DNA of 64,000 nucleotides from Eledone cirrhosa. Taxonomy: Eukaryota. This document shows positions 41,949 to 53,194 of the stretch, in pieces. A model generated the notes under the pieces. The model saw only the letters and a program-made list of their open reading frames with translations, ran no database searches and was not told where the DNA came from. Positions within the stretch are counted from its first letter, which is position 1, and the number at the start of each line of letters is the position of its first letter. The position numbers and the translations under genes are program-made. The stretch is taken from contig OZ024740.1 in assembly GCA_964016885.1 (NCBI GenBank), positions 219,728,001-219,792,000 of the forward strand. The letters run 5' to 3'.

Positions 41949-42160
41949 TATATATTAAGTGGTTCAGTAGATTCGTGGTTTACTGAGGAAAGTATCAATA
42001 TCAGTTACATGGATCCTGAGCCATCCATGTGTGAAACGATCATAACTGTGTTTCATCAATAAAGACCTTAATGTGAAACCTCATTTTGTTTTTAATATAT
42101 ATATATATATGTAAAAAGTAAACAGAAATAACAACACAATATATATATATATATATATAT

Positions 42161-42978
42161 ATCATAAATCATGTCCTTAGAATTATTAGATAAAATATAT
42201 ACCAATTCCTCTTCCAATTAGCATAATTAACCATATAAAAAATCAATTAGACCAAGCTATAAGAAGAAAGGCTCTTATGAAGAAATCTCCGACAAATAAC
42301 CGAAAGTGGCCTCTTCGCGGTGGCCCCAATAGAGTATTTATCCAACATTTCGACAGCATGTAGAAACTGACTAAATATATCATCAACCATACACAATTAG
42401 GTGTAAAATTAAACTTAGAAGAAATGTGTACATACCATAATTATATCTCTACCATGGTTTCATCCGTATTTTTAGACATCCAATTAATAGGAATGTCTTG
42501 AGTTAGGATTCATCAGGAGACAAACTCAAAATCAGACATTTAGTTTTCCAACTTGATCGCGCCAAAATTAGATTAAAAAATGGTTAAGAATCGCTATGTG
42601 GCTGTGGTCAAGCTAGAAAGAATGTGATTGGTTGCTTACGGCGGGTAGGCTTGTTGCTAGAAAGCGCAGCCAAATATCGCAAAATTGAATCTCAACCTAA
42701 CGGGAGATTATTAAATATAAAGGTTTACATATACATAAAGTTATAGATATATATGTTGCAACCGGTCACTTTTAAGCTCTATGAAGAATTAATAAATTAA
42801 ATAATCAGAGCAATATATCATAAATCATGTCCTTAGAATTATTAGATAAAATATATACCAATTCCTCTTCCAATTAGCATAATTAACCATATAAAAAAAA
42901 AAATTCTTCATAGAGCTTAAAAGTGACCGGTTGCAACATATATATCTATCACTTTATGTATATGTAAACCTTTATATT
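42161..42978. mobile_element. Rearranged HHR-bearing element (pLTR-like)
   Basis: HHR minus 42446-42520; 42161-42240 repeated at 42818-42897; 42716-42790 inverted at 42903-42977. Confidence 0.7.
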
Positions 42979-43244
42979 TATATATATATATATATATATA
43001 GCGGCGATGAATTAGTTTTGCGAGGTTTTTTATATGAAATCGTGTGTCGAAACAGATATTGTTATATTTGGGGAGGGTCATATTTGCGTAATATTGCCAT
43101 AACAATAATAATATTAATGCTAAGGATAGAAACAACAACAACCACCATGATAACAATAATAGCAACACACACAACTATGACGATAGAAATAACGACAACC
43201 CCTTAGAGAAACTATTTTTCAACCCAGCTGACAAAACATATAAG

Positions 43245-45605
43245 ATGGGTAATATCTATCCTACGAGGTTACCCTTTAATAAAAGAGTTTGCATACCACA
43301 ACAAATAGATGACGAGACGGAGGCACAGTTCACCATAGCTAGAAATAAGATTAGACAAGTAGTAGACAGGTACACTATGAGACAGAGCAGACCAGAGGCC
43401 CAACAACTTGGGATAAAACCTGTAGAAGGCTTGGTTAACCTCAAGCAGCGCACAAGGGATGGTGAGGTAGTGTGTCTACCCACAGATAAGTCTGGTAGGA
43501 TGTCAATAGATAGCATGCCGAACTACATCGAGGCAATGCAACCCCACATCACCAACACGAGCGAAGTTGCACAACTAACACACGATGGGAGAGAAAAAAT
43601 CCTCAACGCTCACATGATGATGTGGACTGACATCCTAAAGCCAAGCAGACGCACTGCCAACAACTTCCAGGCGTCTAACAATGGCATACCACCCTTGTAT
43701 GGGCTCCGCAAAGACCACAAGACTGTCGACGACCCGACAATAGGACCACCAACAAGACCTGTATGCGGAGCTAATATAGCTAGCAACTACAGGATCTCCT
43801 ACTTCCTCTCGATGGTTATACGCCGCATAATCAAGATGTCCCCAGATGTATGTGAAAGTACAGAGGACCTCCTCAGCAGAATCAGTGAGTGCAACAAAAA
43901 CAGGAGCCTATCCAACTGCATAATAGGCAGCATGGATGTGGTGTCACTGTACCCATCCATTAACATTGATTTTGCTGTGAAAAGATGTGTGGAGATGATC
44001 ATTGAGAGTGAGGTGGAGTTCTGCGACGTCGACACAGACGAACTGGGCCTCCTACTTAGACTTACCTACGACACTGACTACCTAGACAGCCATGACCTTA
44101 GATGTTTCTGCCCTAGTAGACCTATAAGAGGTAGACCCCCCACCATAACCTCAATGGCTAAAAAGACTCCCATAGGAAGGTGGATTGGGTGGACCAAAGC
44201 TATACGGACCCCCCAAAACACTGATCAGGTAAGAAAAATGGTCGCACATGCAATAGGGGCTAGTATCAAAACTACCCTAAAGGGCCACATATTTAAGTTC
44301 AATGAGAAAATCTACACCCAAAATGAGGGAGCAGCCATCGGCGTCAGCATAGCTGGCGATGTTGCCAAGCTTTTCATGGTATGGTGGGAAAGGAGACTTA
44401 AAGATCTCCTTAATGAAAGCTCCATAGACCTCATCATGTACTCTCGTTATGTAGACGATATCAATATAGTTATAAGAACACCCCCACTAGAGAGCACTAA
44501 CAAGTTTGATTTAGAACGTAGCACGATGGAAAGCATCCAGCAGATAGCTAATTCCATACACCAGAGTATAACTGTAACTATAGACTTCCCTTCCAAACAC
44601 CCTAACAATAGACTACCTGTATTAGACACAGAACTCTGGATCAACACTATAGACGAGAGAGCCCAAATTCTCCACTCACACTATGCTAAACCCATGGCCT
44701 CCAAATACCTGATACTCAAAAACTCAGCAATGTCCAGTAGTGCTAAGTTTAATATTCTGATCGCAGATTTGGTACGAGTGATGAAGAATGTGTCCAGCAT
44801 GTGCGACCCAACAGAAATGGAAGGACACATCCAACACTTCATCAACCGCATGCAGTTCTCTGGCTACAACCAAAGAGACAGAGTCAGAGTATACGAAGGA
44901 GCCATGGAAAAGTATAAGACCCTCATAGAACTGGACATGAAAGGAATTTGCCCACTATACAGGAGCAAATCATGGAATAGCTTAGATAGGGCTAGACATA
45001 AGATAGGGAAGGCCACATCATGGTACGACAACCAGAGATATCAGAGTGTCATGTTTGTGGACGCCACCCCTGGAGGGAAATTAGCTAACCAGTGTAGAAA
45101 GGCCCTGAGAAAGACCCACTTAAAAATAAAGGTGGTAGAAAAGCCAGGAACCACCATAAAATCCCTGATCAGCAAAACCTACCCTTTTAAGAAAACCCAC
45201 TGTACCAATAGGAAATGTATCATATGTAAGGTGAACCCCCGGATAAACTGTAAAACTAGAAACGTAGTCTATAGCATAAGATGTACAGAGGGTACTTGCA
45301 GAAACACGACAACAACATACATAGGTGAGACAGCTCGTAGCATAGGTGAAAGGATAGACCAACACTGGGGGGAACTAAAAGGACGAAAAAACGGGTCAGT
45401 ACTATATGAACATGCTAGACAACATCATGATGGTAACATAGACAACATAGAAATTAGAATAATATCTAAACATAGGAATGACCCAGCAGATAAGCAAATC
45501 AGAGAGGCCAGTGAAATAGAAATTAGAAGACCAAAGCTAAACAGAAAGAATGAGTGGAACAACAACAACACCCAAACAAACAACACTGACCTAAGAGAAG
45601 TATAA
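43245..45605 (+). CDS. Penelope-type reverse transcriptase + GIY-YIG endonuclease (786 aa; frame open upstream to ~43098)
   Basis: PTDKSG, LYGLRKDHK, GSMDVVSLYPSI, RYVDD, LPVLD, C..C..C Zn motif, VVY...YIGET.R...R...H; no internal stop. Confidence 0.93.
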   Translation: MGNIYPTRLPFNKRVCIPQQIDDETEAQFTIARNKIRQVVDRYTMRQSRPEAQQLGIKPVEGLVNLKQRTRDGEVVCLPTDKSGRMSIDSMPNYIEAMQPHITNTSEVAQLTHDGREKILNAHMMMWTDILKPSRRTANNFQASNNGIPPLYGLRKDHKTVDDPTIGPPTRPVCGANIASNYRISYFLSMVIRRIIKMSPDVCESTEDLLSRISECNKNRSLSNCIIGSMDVVSLYPSINIDFAVKRCVEMIIESEVEFCDVDTDELGLLLRLTYDTDYLDSHDLRCFCPSRPIRGRPPTITSMAKKTPIGRWIGWTKAIRTPQNTDQVRKMVAHAIGASIKTTLKGHIFKFNEKIYTQNEGAAIGVSIAGDVAKLFMVWWERRLKDLLNESSIDLIMYSRYVDDINIVIRTPPLESTNKFDLERSTMESIQQIANSIHQSITVTIDFPSKHPNNRLPVLDTELWINTIDERAQILHSHYAKPMASKYLILKNSAMSSSAKFNILIADLVRVMKNVSSMCDPTEMEGHIQHFINRMQFSGYNQRDRVRVYEGAMEKYKTLIELDMKGICPLYRSKSWNSLDRARHKIGKATSWYDNQRYQSVMFVDATPGGKLANQCRKALRKTHLKIKVVEKPGTTIKSLISKTYPFKKTHCTNRKCIICKVNPRINCKTRNVVYSIRCTEGTCRNTTTTYIGETARSIGERIDQHWGELKGRKNGSVLYEHARQHHDGNIDNIEIRIISKHRNDPADKQIREASEIEIRRPKLNRKNEWNNNNTQTNNTDLREV

Positions 45606-45874
45606 ATAAATAAGTAAATTAAATTAAATAAAATAAGATAAATAAATACATACACAAGCACATAAACACACACTAGTCACCCAGCAGACACAACACTATA
45701 CACACTAGTCACACATCACACATAACACTATACACACACGCAAACGCATGCGCAAAGAAGACAAAATAAAATAAGATAAACAAACAAGCAAATAAATAAA
45801 TAAATATATAGACAGACTGAACAAAAAAAATGGCGTAGACATACAACACAACAGGAGGAACAATGAATATAACA

Positions 45875-45912
45875 CCACTGACGATGTTGCAGATGTGCAA
45901 CGAAAGATTTAT
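45875..45912 (+). ncRNA. Sense HHR motif in PLE family 1 3' UTR
   Basis: CTGACGA-TGTTGCA GATG TGCAAC-GAAAG; sister copies at 18904-18943 and ~33208-33247 continue AA-CTT-TGA. Confidence 0.65.
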
Positions 45913-46118
45913 GTAAACTATATATATATGTGTTTGTCTATATTGTATCTGTATTATTTTTGACCGCCGGTCAGTCAATGGCAACATTGAGGACCGAGTA
46001 AGTTAGATCGCAGATATATATATATAAAAGACAGCGAGAAGCGAAAACCAACCAAACAGTGAGTGTGTTCTGTTATTAATTCTGGCAATATTACGCAAAT
46101 ATGACCCTCCCCAAATAT

Positions 46119-46160
<42 letters not shown>

Positions 46161-46166
<6 letters not shown>

Positions 46167-46945
46167 TACACAATAATCAAAGCTATGTTCAAATCAGTTT
46201 ATTGCTGACAATCGTTTCTTCCAAACTATCGTTTGGAATCATCGGAGCATTAGCAATGTTTGTACAAATAATTAACCTCCTATTCAACTGAACAATCATA
46301 TAGATACATGGATATTAATGTTGCCAACAACAGTTTCGTATTTACAGAGTGGAATGGATGCAACATAGATTTCAAGAGAATTGTACAATAATTAAAATTA
46401 AAAATTAAAAATTGTTTCCTTCCAGCATATGCCTAACGCAGTTGCACTCTCTATACTCTTGCATATGTACTGCTAGTGTCCTCGTTTGATGAGTAACTTT
46501 CTACCTTAATGTCTCTAATTGTTATACTAATCTCTGTCGCATGCCTTCCACTCTGTGCCTTTTTAACTTTTAATTTTTAATTTTAATTATTGTACAATTC
46601 TCTTGAAATCGCATCCAGTACACCCTATAAATATGAAACTGTTGCTCACAACATCAATATATATGTATCTATATGATTGTTCAGTTTAATAGGAGGTTAA
46701 TTATATGTACAAACATTGCTAATGCTCCAATGATTCCAAGCAATAGTTTGGAAGAAACGATTGTCAGCAATAAAATGATTTGAACATAGCTTTGATTATT
46801 GTGTAATTTATAAACCTGCTCTGTAAAACATCTGATGTATTTACATTGAGCTATTTTTCTTACTGATAATAAGGTAGTAATAAATTACTTACCTTTCCTG
46901 TTTATAGTTGTATATAATGTATACATAACTATAAATAATATTATT
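46161..46945. repeat. Fold-back element with C4-variant HHR
   Basis: 46161-46420 inverted at 46560-46812; minus 46204-46248 GCT-CCGATGA-TTCCAAAC GATA GTTTGGAA-GAAAC-GATT-GTC-AGC. Confidence 0.85.
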
Positions 46946-46994
46946 ACATAAGCAGGGAAAAAGCGGACATGAAATGAAATGATGATATATATAT

Positions 46995-49165
46995 ATAATT
47001 CGTTTTTGAATTTGTTTTGTAAGATTTCTTTTCTGAAAATGTGTGTTGAAACAGATATTGTTATACTTTGGGAGGGTCATGCTGCCAATAAAAACACATG
47101 CACCTGTTGGTTTTCACTTCAATTTATTATAAATTTCTGGCTGGTTGGTTGGTTCGATAACTGGATGGTTGTTTATATGCTGTCAAAGCTCTTTCATCAC
47201 ACAGTCTGTGACCTACTCAATGACTACATTTTTATTTTATGTCTCTCCTTTGTTCTGCCTACACCATCTTGTTTTTGTGCGTTGTGTGCTTAGTTTGCGC
47301 ATGCATTACATCCAGGTGTACGTGTGTATTTTTATTTATTTATTTGTTTATTTACTTGTCACTGATAGGTTGTTTGTTCTATCTGTGTGTGTGTGTGATT
47401 TGTTTTGTTAGTTTGGTTTTTGTGTGCATCTGTATGTCTTCATTTTGTCCTTAATTACTAGTTGTGATGTTGCTATTCCACTCATGTTTTCTGTTTGGAG
47501 TTCGTTTATATTATTTGTTTATGTTTATGTTCTTATGTCGCCTCTGTGATTTGTCTGAGCATTGCATCTTTTCTGTGTGTGGATATAATTTTTATTTCTA
47601 TGTTTTCTAATATGCCCCTATGTTCTATTTTGGCATGTTGGTGGATTACAGATGAGTTTTTCCCATCCTGGAATTCTTGCCAGTGTTCTCCTATGCTACG
47701 GGCTGTTTCACCTATGTATGCTATTTTCTTATTCTTACACTGTCTCTAAGTACATCTCATGTTATATACTACGTTTATAGTTTTGCAGTTAGTTTGCAGG
47801 CTTAGCTTGCAGACTATGCATTTCCTATCAGCACAGGGAGATCTTTAATTTGAGCTTGTCTAGGGTCCTTCTAAATCTGTAAGCTAGTTCGCCTCTAGGG
47901 TTTGTATTGGCGAACATTACACTCTGGTATTTATTGCTATCATACCATGAGCTGATTTTATTTACCTTATTCCTAATCCTTTCTATTCTATTCTAAAATA
48001 TACTCCTATACATGGGGCAAGTCGCATTTGCATCATTTTCTACAATCTTTGCCCATTTGGTTCTAGCTTCTTTATATACCCTGATTTTGTCTCTCTGATT
48101 GTTGCCAGAGAACTGCATGCAGTGGATGAAGTGTTGTATGTGTCTCTCTAATTCTTTGGAGTTGCACATGCTGGACATCATTCTTACCCAGTCCGCAATC
48201 AGTATATTGATTTTTATGTGATCCAAAACAGCTGAGTTTCGGTGGATCAGGTATTTGGAGGTCATGGGTTTGGCGTAATGCGAATGGAGGATTTGTGTTC
48301 TATTACTAATAGTTTCCAATCAGAGTTCTGTTCTCATACGGGTAATCTATGGTTATGGTGTTTAGTTGGGTAATATATAGCAACTTTAATACTCTGGTGG
48401 ATGGAGGTAGCTATTTGCTGGATGCTTTCCATGGTGTTCTTCTCTAATTCCTGACAGTTCTCCTGTGAAGGTGCTTTTACTACGATGTTTATGTCATCTA
48501 AGTAGCGGGAGTACATAATCAGGGTTATAAAATTGTCTTCTAATTGTTCCTTAAGTCTTCTGTCCCACCATACCATAAAGAAGTTAGCTATGTCACCTGC
48601 AATACTAATGCCAATGGTTGCCCCCTCCTCTTGGGTATATGTTTGGCCATTAAACTTGAACATATGTTCTTTAAGGGTTACTTTTTATACTGGCTCCCAC
48701 AGCATGTGCGATCATTTTCTTTAGTTCATCATGGTTTTCAGGGGTCTATATAACTATGGTCCACTGCTCCATCTTTCTGTGCGGGTCTTCTTAGCCATTG
48801 AGGTAATGGTGGGTGATCTAACTCTTTCTGGCCTTGTGGGGCAGAGGCTGCTGAGGTCATGTGTGCCTAAATAATCCTTATTGTGTGTGAGTTTAAGTAG
48901 GAGTCGCAGCTCACTGGTATCAATCCCACGGAATTTCACATCACTCTCGCTGATCATTTCTATGCATTTTTCCACAGCAAAATCAACGTCAATGGATGGA
49001 TATAGGGACACTACATCCATGCTACCTATTGTACAGCCTGTTGGGTCCCTAGACAGATTGCATTTGCTGATTCTGCTGGGGAGGTCCTCCGTGCTGTTGC
49101 ATATATCTGGGGACATTTCAATGATCAGGGTGAGGAAGTAGGAGAGTCTGCAGTTGCTAATAATG
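46995..49165 (-). mobile_element. Penelope-like family 2, degraded, 5'-truncated
   Basis: GSMDVVSLYPSI, YSRYLDD, QILHSHYAKPM fragments; diverged relative of family 1. Confidence 0.92.
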
Positions 49166-49189
49166 TATATTTGCTCACAACAAGCAGAA

Positions 49190-49620
49190 CAATAAAGCCA
49201 CTAAAATACAAAGGGTTTACTGAGAAGGGAGAAGGATATGACAGAGGGAACATAATTGAAGGAGAAGATGCCGATTGATACAGCTCCTGAATTTTTGCAA
49301 TTTGTGTTGGTCAGGAAAACAAGAAGCTTGGAGAGAATTATATAAGCAAGATGTGCAAGGGAAGATGCTATCAAAATAGAATTTATAATTGCATTTAGAA
49401 ATTACAACTGTAATAGCTGCCAATCTGGTGGGTGTTCTGTTTATACATATGAATATGGGGCAACAACGAGGAAAGCTCATCAGAACAATTCCCATGAAAA
49501 TATTTATAAAATAGGCAAAGATAGGTTGTATAGATGCAGCGATACCTGAGGTGTAGGCCCAGCTGCTGTGCAGCTATAGCAAAGGTGCAGACATGGCTGG
49601 TATCTAGGCACGACTGTGTT
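49190..49620 (-). mobile_element. CR1/L2/Jockey-group LINE 3' fragment
   Basis: LFYKYFHGNCSDELSSL and FP.T..LYNSL..SCFP....LQKF....NRHL. Confidence 0.65.
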
Positions 49621-49779
49621 GCAGCATTGTCTGAAGTACAGGTATGACAAAGGTACAGACATGGCTCATGTGTAGGCTGTACTACTTCTTCAACAGCCAT
49701 TCCCCTCTTCTTTTCTGCTATATTATCCCTCCCAACTTTTTTACTTCATTCTCTATTTGATTTCTGCCATTTCTGAAGT

Positions 49780-50220
49780 GTAGTTATGACTAATGTGCAG
49801 GTATGGCTTTGATACAAGCATATCTATGTAGATATGTAGGTATATGTCCTATGTAAGGGTATGACTGAGGGGGGGGGTATGACTAAGGTGTAGGTATGTC
49901 TTATGTATAGGTATGACTGAGGTGGAGGTATGACTGAGATGTGTAGGTATGGCTGAAGTGTAGTTATAACTGAGATGTAGGTATGACTGAGGTGAAGGTA
50001 TGACTGAGGTGGAAGTATGACTGAGGTGGAAGTATGTCCTAGGTGTAGGTATGACTGAGGTGTAGGTATATCTGAAATGTAGGTATGACTAAGGTGTAAG
50101 TATGACTGAGATGGAAGTATGACTAATGTGCAGGTATGTCTGACATGGAAGTATGACTGAGATGGAGACATGACTGCGGTGTATCTATGTCTTATGTATA
50201 GGTATGACTAAGGTGGTAGT
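49780..50220. repeat. ~18-bp minisatellite GGTGTAGGTATGACTGA
   Basis: Degenerate tandem units. Confidence 0.85.
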
Positions 50221-50324
50221 ATGCCTTTGATGCGGCCATGTCAGAAGTCCTCTCACCCCATGTGTACCCAGTTTAGAAGAATTTCACCAGATCTCTGCAG
50301 GATGATAAAATATGTAAATCTCCC

Positions 50325-51232
50325 CAGTGTTGGTGCCATGATAAAATATAACATGACTACTTTCCTATAGCTGGTGCCATGATAACATATGACAACCTCC
50401 CTAGTGCTGGTGCCATGATAATATATGACAACCTCCCTAGTGCTGGTGCCATGATAAAATATGACAACCTCCCTACTGCTGGTGCTATGATAAAATATGA
50501 CAACCTCCCTAGTGCTGGTGCCATGATAAAATATGACAACCTCCCTACTGCTGGTGCTATGATAAAATATGACAACCTCCCTAATGCTGGTGCCATGATA
50601 AAATATGACAACCTCCCTACTGCTGGTGCTATGATAAAATATGACAACCTCCCTATTGCTGGTGCCATGATAAAATATGACAACCTCCCTAGTGCTGGTG
50701 CCATGATAAAATATGACAACCTCCCCAGTGCTGGTGCCATGATAAAATATGGCATGACAACATCCCTAGTACTGGTGCCATAATAAAATATGGCAGGACA
50801 ACATCCCTAGTGTTGGTGCCATGATAAAATATGTCATGGCAACCACCATAGTGCTGGTGCCATGATAAAATATGTCATGGCAACCACCATAGTGCTGGTG
50901 CCAGGATAAAATATGTCATGGCAACCACCATAGTGCTGGTGCCATGATAAAATATGTCATGGCAACCACCATAGTGCTGGTGCCAGGATAAAATATGTCA
51001 TGGCAACCACCATAGTGCTGGTGCCATGATAAAATATGTCATGGCAACCACCATAGTGCTGGTGCCATGATAAAATATGTCATGGCAACCACCATAGTGC
51101 TGGTGCCAGGATAAAATATGTCATGGCAACCACCATAGTGCTGGTGCCATGATAAAATATGTCATGGCAACCCTCCTAGTGCTGATGCCATGATAAAATA
51201 CATGACAATCTCCCTAGTGCTGGTGCCATGAT
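50325..51232. repeat. Minisatellite switching from 36-bp to 41-bp units
   Basis: ATGATAAAATATGACAACCTCCCTAGTGCTGGTGCC then ATGATAAAATATGTCATGGCAACCACCATAGTGCTGGTGCC. Confidence 0.92.
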
Positions 51233-51924
51233 GCAGCTGGTTTAATTGCTAAAGGGTTAAGGGGTTTACTTATATAATTATTTTTTTCATTTTAATTATG
51301 ATGTTTGAGGTGTAATGTAAAAGTTTCTTAGATAAAATTATGATGGGAGATTTTAGTTTAAATATGAACACTTCAAAACAAGAATTTTTGTCATAAAACC
51401 AAAGTGGTTACAGTGAGGTTGGTATCAAAAGATAAATCTCTCCTTGATTAAGCATATATATTACTTATGATTGGTTTAAAAGTTTCTTTAGACTGCAAAA
51501 TAGCTGAAGATAATAAGAACCATCTGCTACAGGAAGAAGACAGCTGGAATTCTAAGAGTCATTTCTAGCTACTGATTGGTAAATAATTCATAGCCATCAA
51601 ACTAAACTGAATTTAAAGTAAACTTATCAGAAAAAAAGGCATATATATATTTGTGACAAACTGAACAGAACAAAGCAGAATATTGCTATTGCGTTAATCA
51701 AATAATCCAGTCTAGACAGAATGATTCCAAATATTATCGGTTTATCTGACGTGGTCTGTGAGAAAACGTCCAACCCATGTCAGCATGTAAAAATGAACAT
51801 TAATTGATGGTGATTTCTATCAAATACCAACAAGTTCTGATAAAGATTTTTTTTTATTCAAACCAGACTACACAGTTAAAACTAAAAATAATCTTTATAT
51901 CACCAGTTGGGTTCCTAACACAAT

Positions 51925-52017
<93 letters not shown>

Positions 52018-52159
52018 CCTTTGCTCCTTTGCACATATATGTATGTGTGGTGCAAAAAGAAAACGGAAACAACACAGTACAATTAGGAAATATATATTAT
52101 TTTAATGCTTGACATAGAAAGGAAAGGAGTCTTTATGTTTATATATGTGTGTCTGTGTG

Positions 52160-52738
52160 TGAACGAATTGAGAGAGAGACTGAGCATAAGAGGAATCAAA
52201 TGCTGTGTGCAGGAGAGCAGGTTGCGTTGGTATGGACATCTGATGCGTATGAAGGATGACAGCCGCATAAAAAGGTGCAGAGTACTAAAAGTCGATGGAA
52301 GCCTAGGAGTGGGGAGACCCAACAAGACCTGGGATGAGGTGATAAAAGCTGACCTTGCCCAATTGCACTTCTCAAAGGCGATGACACAGGACTGAGACGT
52401 CTGGCATTACACAGTAATACAGAAGACACGACTTCTCATGGGTACATGCTGAAAATGAAGCATATAGAGAGTATCTCTCTACCCCCCTATTCCCCCTCCC
52501 ACTGCAAAGGGGTCGAGGAGGTGTCATGACAAAAAAGCACCCAGTCATCACTGTAAAGTGGTCGTGTAGGTGCCATGGTAAAAAGGCTCCCAGTCCACAC
52601 TGTAAATGTGATTGAAAACCTGCGAGAAACAGTTCTATACGAACAAGACTCAGCCTCCCAACCAATCTAGCTTCAAGTGGGACAAAACCGTCCAACCCAT
52701 GCTAGCGGGGAAAATGGGCATTAAACAATGATAATGAT
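52160..52738 (+). mobile_element. RTE LINE (B-related) 3' fragment
   Basis: RLRWYGHLMRM...GRPNKTW plus 3' UTR. Confidence 0.88.
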
Positions 52739-52920
52739 ATATATATCATATATATATATATATGTATATGTATGTACATATTGTGTGTGTTTATAGAGTC
52801 AAAATTATATTTGTTATTGATAGTGGCTGTTTACTTTGAAGTTTTCAGATAATACTTGTTTCACGAAACAGTTTTGAGCAGGGCGTAGTATTGGTGAAAC
52901 TTTCACGTAAATATCTGCTA

Positions 52921-53130
52921 TTAATAATAATAATAATAATTGTTTCTACTTTTGGCACAAGGCCAGCAATTACTCAGTAAATTACTGGTACTTTATTTTA
53001 TCGACCCCGTAAGGATGAAAGGCAAAGTTAACCTCGGCGGGATTTGAACTCAGATCATAAAGGGACGTAACTCTATACATCAAAGCATGGTGTCCGACTC
53101 TCTACCGATACTGCCAATCCACCGCCCTTA
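52921..53130 (-). mobile_element. tRNA-derived SINE (OK-like)
   Basis: Reverse complement of 37672-37862; (ATT)n tail. Confidence 0.85.
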
Positions 53131-53154
53131 ATAATATATGTGTGTGTGTGTGTG

Positions 53155-53194
<40 letters not shown>

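Larger units (their letters stand above)
38665..42095. repeat. Repeat copy 1 (38665-39260 + 41955-42095) split by an RTE insertion
   Basis: Matches 61495-62350 + 63800-63940. Confidence 0.85.
42999..46125 (+). mobile_element. Penelope-like family 1, long young copy with inverted 5' terminal segment
   Basis: 43057-43099 is the reverse complement of 46083-46125; (TA)n on both sides. Confidence 0.95.

Noticed and set aside
41955-42050. HHR (CTGAGGA...GAAACGATC), also at 63800
   Set aside because: Stem II does not close next to the core and stem III is unconvincing
50325-51232. CRISPR-like 36-41-bp periodicity
   Set aside because: No unique spacers, no cas genes, eukaryotic context; ordinary minisatellite
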